Source of the DNA: a virus
Taxonomy: Duplodnaviria; Caudoviricetes
Length of the DNA stretch: 64,000 bases
IMG/VR virus record: IMGVR_UViG_3300028914_001625
Coordinates: 18,751-82,750 of that record
Strand: one strand, 5' to 3'
A model generated the notes under the pieces. It was not told the DNA's origin, searched no databases, and saw only the letters and a program-made list of their open reading frames with translations. The translations under genes were made by a program, and so were the position numbers. Positions within the stretch are counted from its first letter, which is position 1; each line of letters starts with the position of its first letter. Of this stretch, positions 1 through 8,481 are shown piece after piece.

Positions 1-561
1 CATAGCGAGGAGCGGCATGATTCCCTGGAACATCTGGCCCATAGGATTCTGGTCAGCAGCGGTCTTGCCAGTTGCCTTTCCGCCGAAGAGGTTGCCGTTG
101 TTCATCACTTCCTGCATGACAGCAAGGCCAAGCATGCTCTTAAGCGCGTTGCCGCCCTTGCCGAACTGCTTTCCGAACGGATTTACGACCTTACCGTAGA
201 AGTAGGAAGCACCCCAAAGAACATGATGTTCAGGATAGATGTCTTCACGCTTGTTAGTTTCATAGTCAATGACAGTGACGGTTCCTTCGTCCTTGCCGTT
301 GACCTTGATGACGCACTTTGCTTCGCCATCAACGATAATGACATCACCAGTCTTGACCTTTGCGGTCGGCATGACGAAGAACATATCAATTCCGTTCATG
401 CAGAGTTCAGTGACGTTGGTAAGACGCTTGGTGTTCACATCAAAGGTCTTGTAACCTTTGCTGGTGTTGACTGCAAGCTGGCCGTCAAGAGAAAGAGCGA
501 AGTCGCCCTTATTCATCTTTCCGAACATACCGTTAAACATGTTACCGAGGTTGAGATTCAT
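1..561 (-). CDS. hypothetical phage protein, 3'-truncated by the window edge (MNLNLGNMFNGMFGKMNKGDFALSLDGQLAVNTSKGYKTF...)
   Basis: Hand translation: ATG at 561, open to position 1, AAGGAA RBS and promoter upstream. Absent from the ORF track because it has no stop in the window; the + strand ORFs here are its shadows. Confidence 0.85.
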   Translation of the reverse strand, partial: MNLNLGNMFNGMFGKMNKGDFALSLDGQLAVNTSKGYKTFDVNTKRLTNVTELCMNGIDMFFVMPTAKVKTGDVIIVDGEAKCVIKVNGKDEGTVTVIDYETNKREDIYPEHHVLWGASYFYGKVVNPFGKQFGKGGNALKSMLGLAVMQEVMNNGNLFGGKATGKTAADQNPMGQMFQGIMPLLAM

Positions 562-604
562 AGTAAATTTTCCTTTTTGTTTGGAGGTTTGAGTTTTGTT
601 TGAT

Positions 605-645
605 TACGTAGTAAATATAAAAATAAATGGGTTGTTTGGCAACCC
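605..645 (-). promoter_or_regulatory. sigma70-type early promoter (TTGCCA-17-TATATT, then TACTACGTA) with -35 inside an inverted repeat
   Basis: -35 at 637-642, -10 at 614-619, exact 17-bp spacer; GGGTTG/CAACCC arms at 629-634 and 640-645. Confidence 0.75.
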
Positions 646-651
646 GTTGAA

Positions 652-2658
652 TTAGATTTTTTGCTTTTTGTTTCTCTTAAGAGTAATTACAGGCATTTCC
701 ATGAAAGAGTAAGTTGTTACAGCGTCTGCCTTCTTAGCAGGCTTCTTCAAGGTAATGCGTTCTTCCTTAACTTCCGCGTCTTGCTTTTCTTTAACTTCAA
801 TTTCAAAGTCAAGATCCATTGGAGTGTTGAGCCAGCAATGAAGATGGCCGTCATAAAAGCAATTACACATATCCATAATTTCACGATTAGTCATCTGTCT
901 TACAGTGAAGTCACCCATCTGTTCACAAAGGTGAGGAATACGTCCGTTGTCTTGGTTGATTAAGATGCAGACATCAGGCTTGGTAGCATCAATGTCAAAC
1001 TTATATTCGTGTGCCCAAGAAAGTTTCAAAGTAAGACCAACTTCATTACGGTCAGTTTCCGGATTTCTGTAGATCTTAGAGTCATAATCTACCTTCATGC
1101 CGCGAGACTGAAGATAGCTAGCGACATCGTTGAGATTCTTCTGATTTACAGGAATGACGAGGAGAGATGGAAGCATGTTATCATTAAGATAGACATCTAA
1201 TCTCTGAACGTTCTTAAGAACTTTCTTCTTCTTTACCATTTTCTTTTCTTCCTTTTTCTTTAAGCCAAGATTGCTTTCCATAAGTTGGCGAACCTTCTCT
1301 GACAGATCATTCTTTATTTTTTCAAGTTCATTTGGTTCAGCGCTGCGGCGCAGCATTGTATTTGCGCGGCATCTTGCGACAAAGTCCAGCATTTCTTGCT
1401 GGTTCTTTCGTTCATCACCCCAGCGGTCACAATCGTAACCTTGCATTTCTTGCTGATGCTTTAGTTCGTCACCCCAGCGGTCATAATCGTATCCGACTTC
1501 TTGATTCATTTCTGTTTCCTTTTCAGTTGTGGTTAGTGTAGTTACATGTGGATAAAATTCAATCGGTCCTTCATAAAAGCCAGTGCATTCATTAAGCTTG
1601 AGTTGATAATAGTCGTTAATCATCATGTACTTAACAAGCATGATTCTTGTATTTGCGTAGCACTGACATACATCTGATTTTTCCGACAGTTCGTCACACC
1701 CATATCCGTAGCATTCATCTTCCCAATTCCAAGTTCTATAAGTATACTTGTGGTCATGAATTTTTACATCTATCTGGTCAAGATGTCCAGCAGGATAAAT
1801 CAAGTTCTTGGGAGTTCCATCATTTTTCATCTCAAAGAACTTGTGATACTCCTCACGCGGCAAGGGCGACTGCACTCTTGTCTGCTTTCCAATAGTCTGG
1901 AATACCAAGTCACGTCTGTCGTCATCATCAATGTTTTCAAACTTCTTGCCGACATTAGGCAAGATTTCAGACACAGTACCGAACAGCCAATACTCTGCAT
2001 CACTGTCTTCAGATTTAAATCTGAAGTTCTCGAGAGGGAAGAGCGGCTTGAAACCCTTATGATGAACAGAAGGTCTTGCTCTGTTCTCATTTTCATTACT
2101 CTTCAACGGCCAAGCGTCATTGTAAAGAGTAAGCAAGTAAAGAAGTTTAGCAACCTTCAAATATCTTGGAGTTCCGTATTCAAGCTGGGTTGTCCTGTTA
2201 GAAACTTGCCAAGGAACCTGACCCCAAGATATAGCCTTCACTTCAGAAAGCGGGATGGTAAGTTCTTCATTGGTGTTATAGCTGGCAAAGTCGCCATCTT
2301 CCCAGTCATCATGCCAAGCAGGTTCAAGATGCAAACGTCCTACACAGTCAAACTTCTTAAACCAGTAAGGTTTCAGTGTGAAATTGAAATCTGACCTGAA
2401 GTCGCCGTGAGTGCAGAGCTTGATGTACATCGGCTTGGAAGGTTCAAATTCCTTAAAGAGCGGGAACTCGAAGTAAGTCATTCTTCCCCAGCCCATACGG
2501 TTAAGGCACTTATTGTCCTTAAGAATTTGGCCGGAGATTACATAATCCTTCTCATCCCGCTTGTCAATGTTATCAAGTAAATAACATTTCTTGTCTCCCC
2601 ATACATAACTGACATTCTCGCCAATCGGAGACATCCAAAATTTAAAGTTGCTTGCCAT
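652..2658 (-). CDS. hypothetical protein, 668 aa
   Basis: Long ORF, TAATG-coupled to the upstream gene; no motif recognised. Confidence 0.85.
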   Translation of the reverse strand: MASNFKFWMSPIGENVSYVWGDKKCYLLDNIDKRDEKDYVISGQILKDNKCLNRMGWGRMTYFEFPLFKEFEPSKPMYIKLCTHGDFRSDFNFTLKPYWFKKFDCVGRLHLEPAWHDDWEDGDFASYNTNEELTIPLSEVKAISWGQVPWQVSNRTTQLEYGTPRYLKVAKLLYLLTLYNDAWPLKSNENENRARPSVHHKGFKPLFPLENFRFKSEDSDAEYWLFGTVSEILPNVGKKFENIDDDDRRDLVFQTIGKQTRVQSPLPREEYHKFFEMKNDGTPKNLIYPAGHLDQIDVKIHDHKYTYRTWNWEDECYGYGCDELSEKSDVCQCYANTRIMLVKYMMINDYYQLKLNECTGFYEGPIEFYPHVTTLTTTEKETEMNQEVGYDYDRWGDELKHQQEMQGYDCDRWGDERKNQQEMLDFVARCRANTMLRRSAEPNELEKIKNDLSEKVRQLMESNLGLKKKEEKKMVKKKKVLKNVQRLDVYLNDNMLPSLLVIPVNQKNLNDVASYLQSRGMKVDYDSKIYRNPETDRNEVGLTLKLSWAHEYKFDIDATKPDVCILINQDNGRIPHLCEQMGDFTVRQMTNREIMDMCNCFYDGHLHCWLNTPMDLDFEIEVKEKQDAEVKEERITLKKPAKKADAVTTYSFMEMPVITLKRNKKQKI
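1387..1494. repeat. in-frame 54-bp imperfect tandem duplication (GYDYDRWGDELKHQQEMQ / GYDCDRWGDERKNQQEML)
   Basis: Two copies of gcatttcttgctg...caccccagcggtca.aatcgta.cc with period 54. Confidence 0.9.
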
Positions 2659-2903
2659 TAAGTGTTTCCTCGTGAGTTAGGAGTCTTAGTACTTCCACTC
2701 ACATACTTAGTGTGAATTACATTAGCAGTGATAAAATGTGCTACTTTCTCAAGGAACCTGTCTTCTTCAAGATAGAAGATGTCCATTCCATACCAGCTGC
2801 AAAAGTTTGACATAAACTGACCAAAACGCCAGTCTGGGAAGTTCTTCTTGTGAATTTCCTTCAGTTGTTCATAGAAGGTATCAAGACGAGCAGCATCTCT
2901 CAT
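2658..2903 (-). CDS. small phage hypothetical protein (MRD..R....PDWRFGQ type), 81 aa
   Basis: ORF with AGGAA RBS; N-terminal pattern common in phage hypotheticals. Confidence 0.85.
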   Translation of the reverse strand: MRDAARLDTFYEQLKEIHKKNFPDWRFGQFMSNFCSWYGMDIFYLEEDRFLEKVAHFITANVIHTKYVSGSTKTPNSRGNT

Positions 2904-2935
2904 TTTAAGTTCCTCTTTTAAAGTTTTCTAAAACA

Positions 2936-2970
2936 AAAATATAAAAAACTTGGGGTCTTGTAAACCCCAA
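2936..2970 (-). promoter_or_regulatory. sigma70-type promoter (TTTACA-17-TATTTT) with -35 inside a hairpin that may also terminate the upstream gene
   Basis: -35 at 2959-2964, -10 at 2936-2941; TTGGGGT/ACCCCAA arms at 2950-2970 followed by a T-run on the minus strand. Confidence 0.65.
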
Positions 2971-2993
2971 ATTTATAAGATCTTTCTTAAAGA

Positions 2994-3428
2994 CTAAAGG
3001 CTAAACAAACCATAGCCTGCGCCTTCTAACTGGAAGCTCTGTTCTTGATTCGGAATGTAGTAACGTTCCCATTCAAAGTCAGGAATGAAGTGCTTGACCA
3101 ATTCCATAGCGATGGAAACAAAGTCGTCGTCGCCATCAACCCAGTAGCGCTTATCATCATCGTCGTCATCATCATTTTCAAGATACTCTTCCTTAATGAT
3201 TCCGAGCTCAAGAAGCTTGTCAAGGGCTTCGCCGCGAATATATCTGTCTTCGTAGTCGCTGCACATTTTTTGAACGTCGCAGCCAAGTTCTTTAGCACAC
3301 TTTTCAAGAGCTTTATCAATCTCCTTACCGGAATGATTAGCGCAGATAGTCCAATCTTCTTTAAGACCAGAGCCATCGCCTGACGGATCGCCCATTGTGA
3401 AAGTGATAATGTGATTTTTCTTTGCCAT
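2994..3428 (-). CDS. hypothetical acidic protein, 144 aa
   Basis: ORF with AGGAA RBS; poly-Asp tract; C-terminal GAGYGLF. Confidence 0.85.
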   Translation of the reverse strand: MAKKNHIITFTMGDPSGDGSGLKEDWTICANHSGKEIDKALEKCAKELGCDVQKMCSDYEDRYIRGEALDKLLELGIIKEEYLENDDDDDDDKRYWVDGDDDFVSIAMELVKHFIPDFEWERYYIPNQEQSFQLEGAGYGLFSL

Positions 3429-3441
3429 AGTATGTTTCCTT

Positions 3442-3957
3442 TTATTTTGTTTGAATTCTTTTCACGACGTCAGCCTGCATCTTTGACCAATCAGGATCCG
3501 GCTGTTCGTCCATAATCTTGTCTGACCATTCTTGATTAGCACAAGGCTGGTAGTCACCGCAGGTACCACAGGCACACTTACAGGTATGACAGTAAATGTT
3601 ACCGTCCGAAGGAATGTAAGCACGGAGCTTATCAGACGGGTCAAGATAGACGACAAAGTGGACGGGATATTCCCAGTCGCCGCCTGCCCAACACCAGACG
3701 ATAGCGGTTCCATCAGGAAGAACGCGAGAACCTTCAGTAGCTCCTTCACAGTTCTCGAAGTCAAAATCAATCTTTTCAAGATCCTTACGAGCCTGCGTGT
3801 CGCTGTAAGCCATAGAAGACAGATACTGACAAATTATCTGGTCTTCGTCAGTTTCATCAAAATCTTCTGGGTCAATTTCTTGGTCCTTTCTGATAAACTC
3901 AAGCATCTTTTGAATGATGTCTTGACGAGTTGAACCTTTCTTAGCATATCTTGCCAT
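3442..3957 (-). CDS. hypothetical protein with Cys-rich cluster (CHTCKCACGTCGDYQPC), 171 aa
   Basis: ORF with GGAG RBS; possible metal-binding segment. Confidence 0.85.
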   Translation of the reverse strand: MARYAKKGSTRQDIIQKMLEFIRKDQEIDPEDFDETDEDQIICQYLSSMAYSDTQARKDLEKIDFDFENCEGATEGSRVLPDGTAIVWCWAGGDWEYPVHFVVYLDPSDKLRAYIPSDGNIYCHTCKCACGTCGDYQPCANQEWSDKIMDEQPDPDWSKMQADVVKRIQTK

Positions 3958-3981
3958 AGTTTTACTCCTTTAATACTTTCC

Positions 3982-4182
3982 TTACTTTTGAACACAAACC
4001 CAGTTAACGGAGCCGCCATTACTCTGGTTATTCCTTACACTAGGTTGAGCCTTTGCCCATTCCGCACCTGCAAAGCGGCATGTAGCAGCACTATTAAATT
4101 CCTGAGTTGCTACCGTTGAACTGCCCCAACCCGCATAACCGGAATTACCTGCAAAGACGATAGTCATAATGAGAATCCACAT
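3982..4182 (-). CDS. small secreted/membrane protein (MWILIMTIVFAG...), 66 aa
   Basis: Start moved to ATG 4182 (GAGGT RBS, avoids overlap); hydrophobic N-terminus and two Cys. Confidence 0.7.
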   Translation of the reverse strand: MWILIMTIVFAGNSGYAGWGSSTVATQEFNSAATCRFAGAEWAKAQPSVRNNQSNGGSVNWVCVQK

Positions 4183-4196
4183 TTTTATTACCTCTT

Positions 4197-4520
4197 TTAG
4201 TTGCCGCCTTCGGCTTCTTGAATGATCATATCTTTTACTTTTGGTGAAAGACAAAGTTCATATCTGTCTTTGTCATAATAAACCAATTGCGGTGTGACTT
4301 GAGGCACTTTCGGATCATCTGACATTTCCATCAAGCACATCGCATTGTATGTTTGACCGTCAAGTTCAACGGGAATAGGAAGAGGCATGATCATCTTCTT
4401 ATTCTTAAATTCTTTATTGCGGTCATAAACGTCCTTCCAAGTAAGCATGTGCGTTTCAGCAATCTTATAGAGAAGGTCATTTGCCTTCTTATCTTCTACA
4501 TGTTTAACTTTTGCTTCCAT
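4197..4520 (-). CDS. hypothetical protein (MEAKVKHV...), 107 aa
   Basis: TAATG overlap with the upstream Nudix-fusion stop at 4520. Confidence 0.8.
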   Translation of the reverse strand: MEAKVKHVEDKKANDLLYKIAETHMLTWKDVYDRNKEFKNKKMIMPLPIPVELDGQTYNAMCLMEMSDDPKVPQVTPQLVYYDKDRYELCLSPKVKDMIIQEAEGGN

Positions 4521-5578
4521 TAGCCGTCCCACCTTTCTGTCTTGTTTCCCCAGTCATTGATGATTTGTGCATGATGGAATGCGAGATGCGGAAGGTCATT
4601 AACATTGAACCATCTTGCTTCTGCTGCGTCATCATCGCCCTTAGCAAGTTTCATATCCTGCTTGGAGATTCTTACTGCAAAGGCTACATCAACGATCTTC
4701 ATTCTTGGGTCAAAGTTATGTCCGTAAGCCTTAATCTGCTGGAACTTCTCAGGATCATAATTAAGACCAGTTTCTTCCTTCAATTCTCGTGCAGCGCCGT
4801 AAGCCAAGTCTTCGTCTGTCTTTTCAAAGAATCCACCAGGCAAAGCCCAGTAATTTTGGAAAGGCGGTTTCTTTCTACGGATAAGAAGAATTTCATCACC
4901 GTTCCAAGCGATAGTGTCAGTTGTGACAGAAGGCTCGCCCCAATGATTTTCTTCTTTCTTCTTTGCATATTCCTGAAGGAACTTGAGTTCTTCCTTATCA
5001 TACTCAGGTTTGTTCTGATGATAAAGTCCCCAGTCCTTAATTTCACGGAACGCCTTATGAGTCAAGCAATCATTGACTTCATCATAATGGGTTTCAGGAT
5101 TTCGGTCAAAGATCCGACGAACTTTAGACGAAGAACAGTCAGGCAAATCCAGCTTCATGATCTGGACATTATCAAGATGTTCTACAAGGTTATCTTCACG
5201 GGTAAAGACCAGGAACTTGAAGTTCTTCAAAAGCAAGTCGGAATGAACCCACTCACCGGCCTTAAGCGACTTCCATTCGTCGCCGCCAATAACAATCGTA
5301 TAATCGTTGTCATCTTCAGGTTTAACGTCTTGACGAATGAACTGATACATTCTGTAAGCCTGTTCAACGACTTTGACATTCTTACTGAGCATTCCCTTAA
5401 GAGAAGCACAGACAAGCATCATACGGGAATTGATGCAAGCACCGTATTCCTTTTCGTCATTGTTCGTTACAGCGATGATAAGTTCATCACCATCCTTAAG
5501 CAGTTTCTTGACCTTCTTGATAATCTCAATATGAGCTTTCGTAATCGGGTCAGCGGCAAATCCATAAATGTAATGCAT
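4520..5578 (-). CDS. bifunctional NadD-like (Na)MN adenylyltransferase - Nudix (ADP-ribose pyrophosphatase-like) fusion
   Basis: Nucleotidyltransferase (H/T)xxH motif GFAADPITKAH, NadD-like IVIGGD...W and SSSKVRR; C-terminal Nudix box GGFFEKTDEDLAYGAARELKEETGL with WALPGG and GDDAAEARWF. Confidence 0.85.
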   Translation of the reverse strand: MHYIYGFAADPITKAHIEIIKKVKKLLKDGDELIIAVTNNDEKEYGACINSRMMLVCASLKGMLSKNVKVVEQAYRMYQFIRQDVKPEDDNDYTIVIGGDEWKSLKAGEWVHSDLLLKNFKFLVFTREDNLVEHLDNVQIMKLDLPDCSSSKVRRIFDRNPETHYDEVNDCLTHKAFREIKDWGLYHQNKPEYDKEELKFLQEYAKKKEENHWGEPSVTTDTIAWNGDEILLIRRKKPPFQNYWALPGGFFEKTDEDLAYGAARELKEETGLNYDPEKFQQIKAYGHNFDPRMKIVDVAFAVRISKQDMKLAKGDDDAAEARWFNVNDLPHLAFHHAQIINDWGNKTERWDG

Positions 5579-5579
5579 G

Positions 5580-5963
5580 TTACTTTACCTCTTTGATTTT
5601 AAATTTTTTTCCGTATTTTTCAATGCACCAGTTTGCTTCATCAATCATTTCTTGAACGGACTTATAGTCAGCAGCGTCTGCCCAATCAACAGCAACCCAA
5701 GGCTGCATTCCAATCAAGACTGCTTCGCCATCAGGAAATGCAGCATCATCACAGTCTTCATCGTATGTTTTGTCATTTGCATCTTTAAAGCAGAATTGAA
5801 ATCCTTCAGAGGCTTTATATCCTTTCTTCATAAATTCAATAAAGCCTTTGCTTTCTTTCATGATATAAAAAGTCCCGTCTTTTTCAAACGCTTTTTTCAC
5901 GACTTCTATAGGGAAGCGCGGCTTGTCATACGGCTTCACCTCATCACGGAAAATGTTTTTCAT
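5580..5963 (-). CDS. hypothetical protein, 127 aa
   Basis: ORF, TAATG-coupled. Confidence 0.8.
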   Translation of the reverse strand: MKNIFRDEVKPYDKPRFPIEVVKKAFEKDGTFYIMKESKGFIEFMKKGYKASEGFQFCFKDANDKTYDEDCDDAAFPDGEAVLIGMQPWVAVDWADAADYKSVQEMIDEANWCIEKYGKKFKIKEVK

Positions 5964-6298
5964 TATAGTAGTCTCCCATTCATAAACAGTTCTTTAAGTT
6001 CTTCTTTTGAAAGTTTGTCCCAATCAGGAGACAATTCACAAGTCCTACACCAATGTCGCAGAGCATCTTCATCGTCATTAAACGACATTTCGTAAGCACA
6101 AGAAAGACGCATGTACATTGCATTGTTTCCAGCCTTCTTCTGTTCCCAGGCCTCGTCAAGCGTCTTGAAATTTTCTTTAGAGTCATCAAAGATCTTTTCA
6201 GCGTCATCGCCAAAAACACGCCTGACAGACTTTGCTATCAGGTCAAGATCCTTCTCAAACTCAGGATACTTCGTTTTCAATTTTTCATAGGAAAGCAT
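5963..6298 (-). CDS. hypothetical protein, 111 aa
   Basis: ORF in the operon. Confidence 0.8.
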   Translation of the reverse strand: MLSYEKLKTKYPEFEKDLDLIAKSVRRVFGDDAEKIFDDSKENFKTLDEAWEQKKAGNNAMYMRLSCAYEMSFNDDEDALRHWCRTCELSPDWDKLSKEELKELFMNGRLL

Positions 6299-6300
6299 TT

Positions 6301-6387
6301 CTATACCACCAAGAAAATGATAATAAAAGCGATAGAGACAATCATCGCTATCGCTGCAAAAAGTTTGTCAAGATCCGTCTGCTTCAT
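6301..6387 (-). CDS. 28-aa single-TM peptide (MKQTDLDKLFAAIAMIVSIAFIIIFLVV)
   Basis: Hand translation; fills the gap exactly, ATGA overlap with the upstream gene; below the ORF-track cutoff. Confidence 0.6.
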   Translation of the reverse strand: MKQTDLDKLFAAIAMIVSIAFIIIFLVV

Positions 6388-6611
6388 ACCACTATCCACC
6401 AAAGACCGATAAGAATGATAATCAGCATGATGAAGAGAGGGTAAAATTCTTTGAAGCAATCAATAAGCAGATCATAAGTTACATCAACTGAAATATCCAA
6501 ATCAGGCGAGTTAATGTCCGGCTTGACAGTGCATTTCTCATCGGTGTAGAACTCCTTAAGGTTCTTGAAATGCAAGTAATGTCTTATGATTTTCTTTAAG
6601 AGCTTTTTCAT
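6384..6611 (-). CDS. small membrane protein with C-terminal TM helix, 75 aa
   Basis: Start reassigned to ATG 6611 (AAGGA RBS) because the track start lies inside the promoter. Confidence 0.7.
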   Translation of the reverse strand: MKKLLKKIIRHYLHFKNLKEFYTDEKCTVKPDINSPDLDISVDVTYDLLIDCFKEFYPLFIMLIIILIGLWWIVV

Positions 6612-6633
6612 ATTGTCCTTTTGCTTTTTTGTA

Positions 6634-6670
6634 AAAATAAAAACATTTGGGTCAACTGTCAACCCAAATG
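6634..6670 (-). promoter_or_regulatory. sigma70-type promoter (TTGACA-17-TATTTT) with -35 inside a 9-bp-arm inverted repeat
   Basis: -35 at 6657-6662, -10 at 6634-6639; CATTTGGGT/ACCCAAATG arms at 6644-6670. Confidence 0.75.
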
Positions 6671-6696
6671 CAAAAGAAAAAACAAGATTTTTCTAA

Positions 6697-6927
6697 TTAC
6701 GAGACAGGTTTTGTTTTATCTATCTCGATAGAACGAATGTCATAATCGGTGCCGTAATAAGGTAAGAGCTGTTCTTTAAGGACATTTCTCACCTCATTCT
6801 CATCTTTTCCATAGCGCTTGAAGTACATCAACTGCTTCGGTTGATAAATTATTTTAGCGCCAGTTTTTGGGTGCGTAAAGGTTATTTCTCGGGTTTCTAC
6901 AAGAATCTTGTATCTTTCCATTTCCAT
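6697..6927 (-). CDS. hypothetical protein (~75 aa; start 6927 or 6921)
   Basis: ORF; start trimmed to remove overlap. Confidence 0.7.
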   Translation of the reverse strand: MEMERYKILVETREITFTHPKTGAKIIYQPKQLMYFKRYGKDENEVRNVLKEQLLPYYGTDYDIRSIEIDKTKPVS

Positions 6928-6931
6928 CCTT

Positions 6932-7168
6932 TTAAACGTTACCGACATCTAACTTTCTCACAAAGGTCGCATGGTACTCTTCAATTTCGGTTTCCCAGCC
7001 TTTAGACTGATATGCTTCCGCCATTTTACGAGCCCATGTTTCCATCTTATAATGGTGAGCCTCATGAAGGGCCTTGCAGATACATGTCCGAGCATTCCTC
7101 TTTCCGAGGTAGTGGACATCTGTATATCCGTGGCCCGTCAATTTAACTACAAAGAAATTGAACTCCAT
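6932..7168 (-). CDS. hypothetical protein, 78 aa
   Basis: ORF with GAGG RBS. Confidence 0.75.
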   Translation of the reverse strand: MEFNFFVVKLTGHGYTDVHYLGKRNARTCICKALHEAHHYKMETWARKMAEAYQSKGWETEIEEYHATFVRKLDVGNV

Positions 7169-7176
7169 AAGTCCTC

Positions 7177-8478
7177 TTAGATAGAGTAGTTAGGGTTCTT
7201 TACCTTAAAGGAAACATTGTAGTCATCACGGAGACGAAGAACGAATCCTTCTCTCTTGTGCTTGAGGTTGTTTCCGAAGACAGTGTTCTTGTCAGACTGT
7301 TGAAGCATGATGTCAGCACCAGATACTTCAACACCTTGCTCGTTCACAGTTCCTGCAGGCAACTTGTAATGCTCGTCAAGAACAGGAACGAAAGGAAGTC
7401 CCCACTGTTCAGCAAAGAGCTTAGAGTCTTCGTAGTTCAACTTGACCCAACGAGACTTCATCTTCTTGCCGTTCTTAACATCAAGGTACTTCTCCTTACG
7501 GTAGAAGTCAAAGAAGATGACCTGAGTCTGAGGCAACTTGTAGATGTTACCTTGAATGTTAGGTCCGCAATGTTCACCACGGCACCACCATTCACCAGGA
7601 ATGTTCTTAATCTTTTCATCAAGACCAAGTCTCTTTACAGTGTCCCAGAAGTTCTTACCAGTTCCGTTAGGACGGAGACGGCGAGTTCTAGAGCAGACAC
7701 CGATGTCCTTGACTTCCTTCTTTCTGAACAAACCAAGGAATGTAGGCTTCATGACCATTTCAGAGAAGATAGAGATGTTCTGACCTTCCAACTTCTCAGT
7801 AGCAACCCATTCCTTGTCTGCATACTGTTCATACATTCTCTTGTAGAGCTTCTGAACATTTTCTTCGTCAGACTTTCCAGGGAAGGTTGCGTCCCAACCC
7901 TCAACGATCTGATGAGCCTTACGGAGGTTGCGGAACCAAGAGAATCTCATCAACTTTCTGACAAACCAGTTGTCCTTCTCTCCGCCTACTACTCCTGCTT
8001 CCTCTTCGTCCTGAATTGCTTCAGTGATTTCAAACTTAGCAGTGTAGTCCTGACCTTCCTTGACCTTGTCAAGTCCGATGTCGGAAGGCTTGAAGAGAAT
8101 ACCTTGAGAAATTACTCCGAACTTGGAGAGCTTCATAGACTTAATCTTGAACTTCTTGTCTCTCAAGAACTCGAAGTATGGGAACTTGGACTGTGCTTGA
8201 ACAGCAGCAAGAGCTGCCTTCACTTCCTCTTCAGTTGCAGTCTCACCGAGGGCAGTACCATCCTTGATAGAATCATACTTTACCTTAAGTTCAGGAGAAA
8301 GACCGTCAGGAAGGACAGAGTCAACTTCCACATACATAGCCAAATCACCTGGCTTGTATTCGTTCTTCTTTACTACAACAGTGTAGTCCATTACAGATGC
8401 CAACTCAATGCGGTCAGCACCTGGGATGTTTCTGATTTCACCTACCTTAACGATGTAAGCGAGCTTCTTTCCATACAT
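7177..8478 (-). CDS. RNA ligase, DRB0094/Rnl5-like family (N-terminal OB fold + nucleotidyltransferase)
   Basis: N-terminus KLAYIVKVGEIRNIPGADRIELA...GDLAMYVEVDSVLP; motif I TEKLEGQN; RGEHCGPNIQGNIY; IFFDF; REGFV; SFKVKNPNY. Confidence 0.88.
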   Translation of the reverse strand: MYGKKLAYIVKVGEIRNIPGADRIELASVMDYTVVVKKNEYKPGDLAMYVEVDSVLPDGLSPELKVKYDSIKDGTALGETATEEEVKAALAAVQAQSKFPYFEFLRDKKFKIKSMKLSKFGVISQGILFKPSDIGLDKVKEGQDYTAKFEITEAIQDEEEAGVVGGEKDNWFVRKLMRFSWFRNLRKAHQIVEGWDATFPGKSDEENVQKLYKRMYEQYADKEWVATEKLEGQNISIFSEMVMKPTFLGLFRKKEVKDIGVCSRTRRLRPNGTGKNFWDTVKRLGLDEKIKNIPGEWWCRGEHCGPNIQGNIYKLPQTQVIFFDFYRKEKYLDVKNGKKMKSRWVKLNYEDSKLFAEQWGLPFVPVLDEHYKLPAGTVNEQGVEVSGADIMLQQSDKNTVFGNNLKHKREGFVLRLRDDYNVSFKVKNPNYSI

Positions 8479-8481
8479 ATT

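Noticed and set aside
223-603. 126-aa + strand ORF
   Set aside because: Antisense to the real, window-truncated minus-strand gene 1-561, which has an RBS and promoter.
4511-5596. 361-aa + strand ORF exactly antisense to the NadD-Nudix gene
   Set aside because: Shadow ORF from the sense gene's avoidance of TTA/CTA/TCA codons; no RBS or promoter, and implausible Leu/Phe-rich composition.
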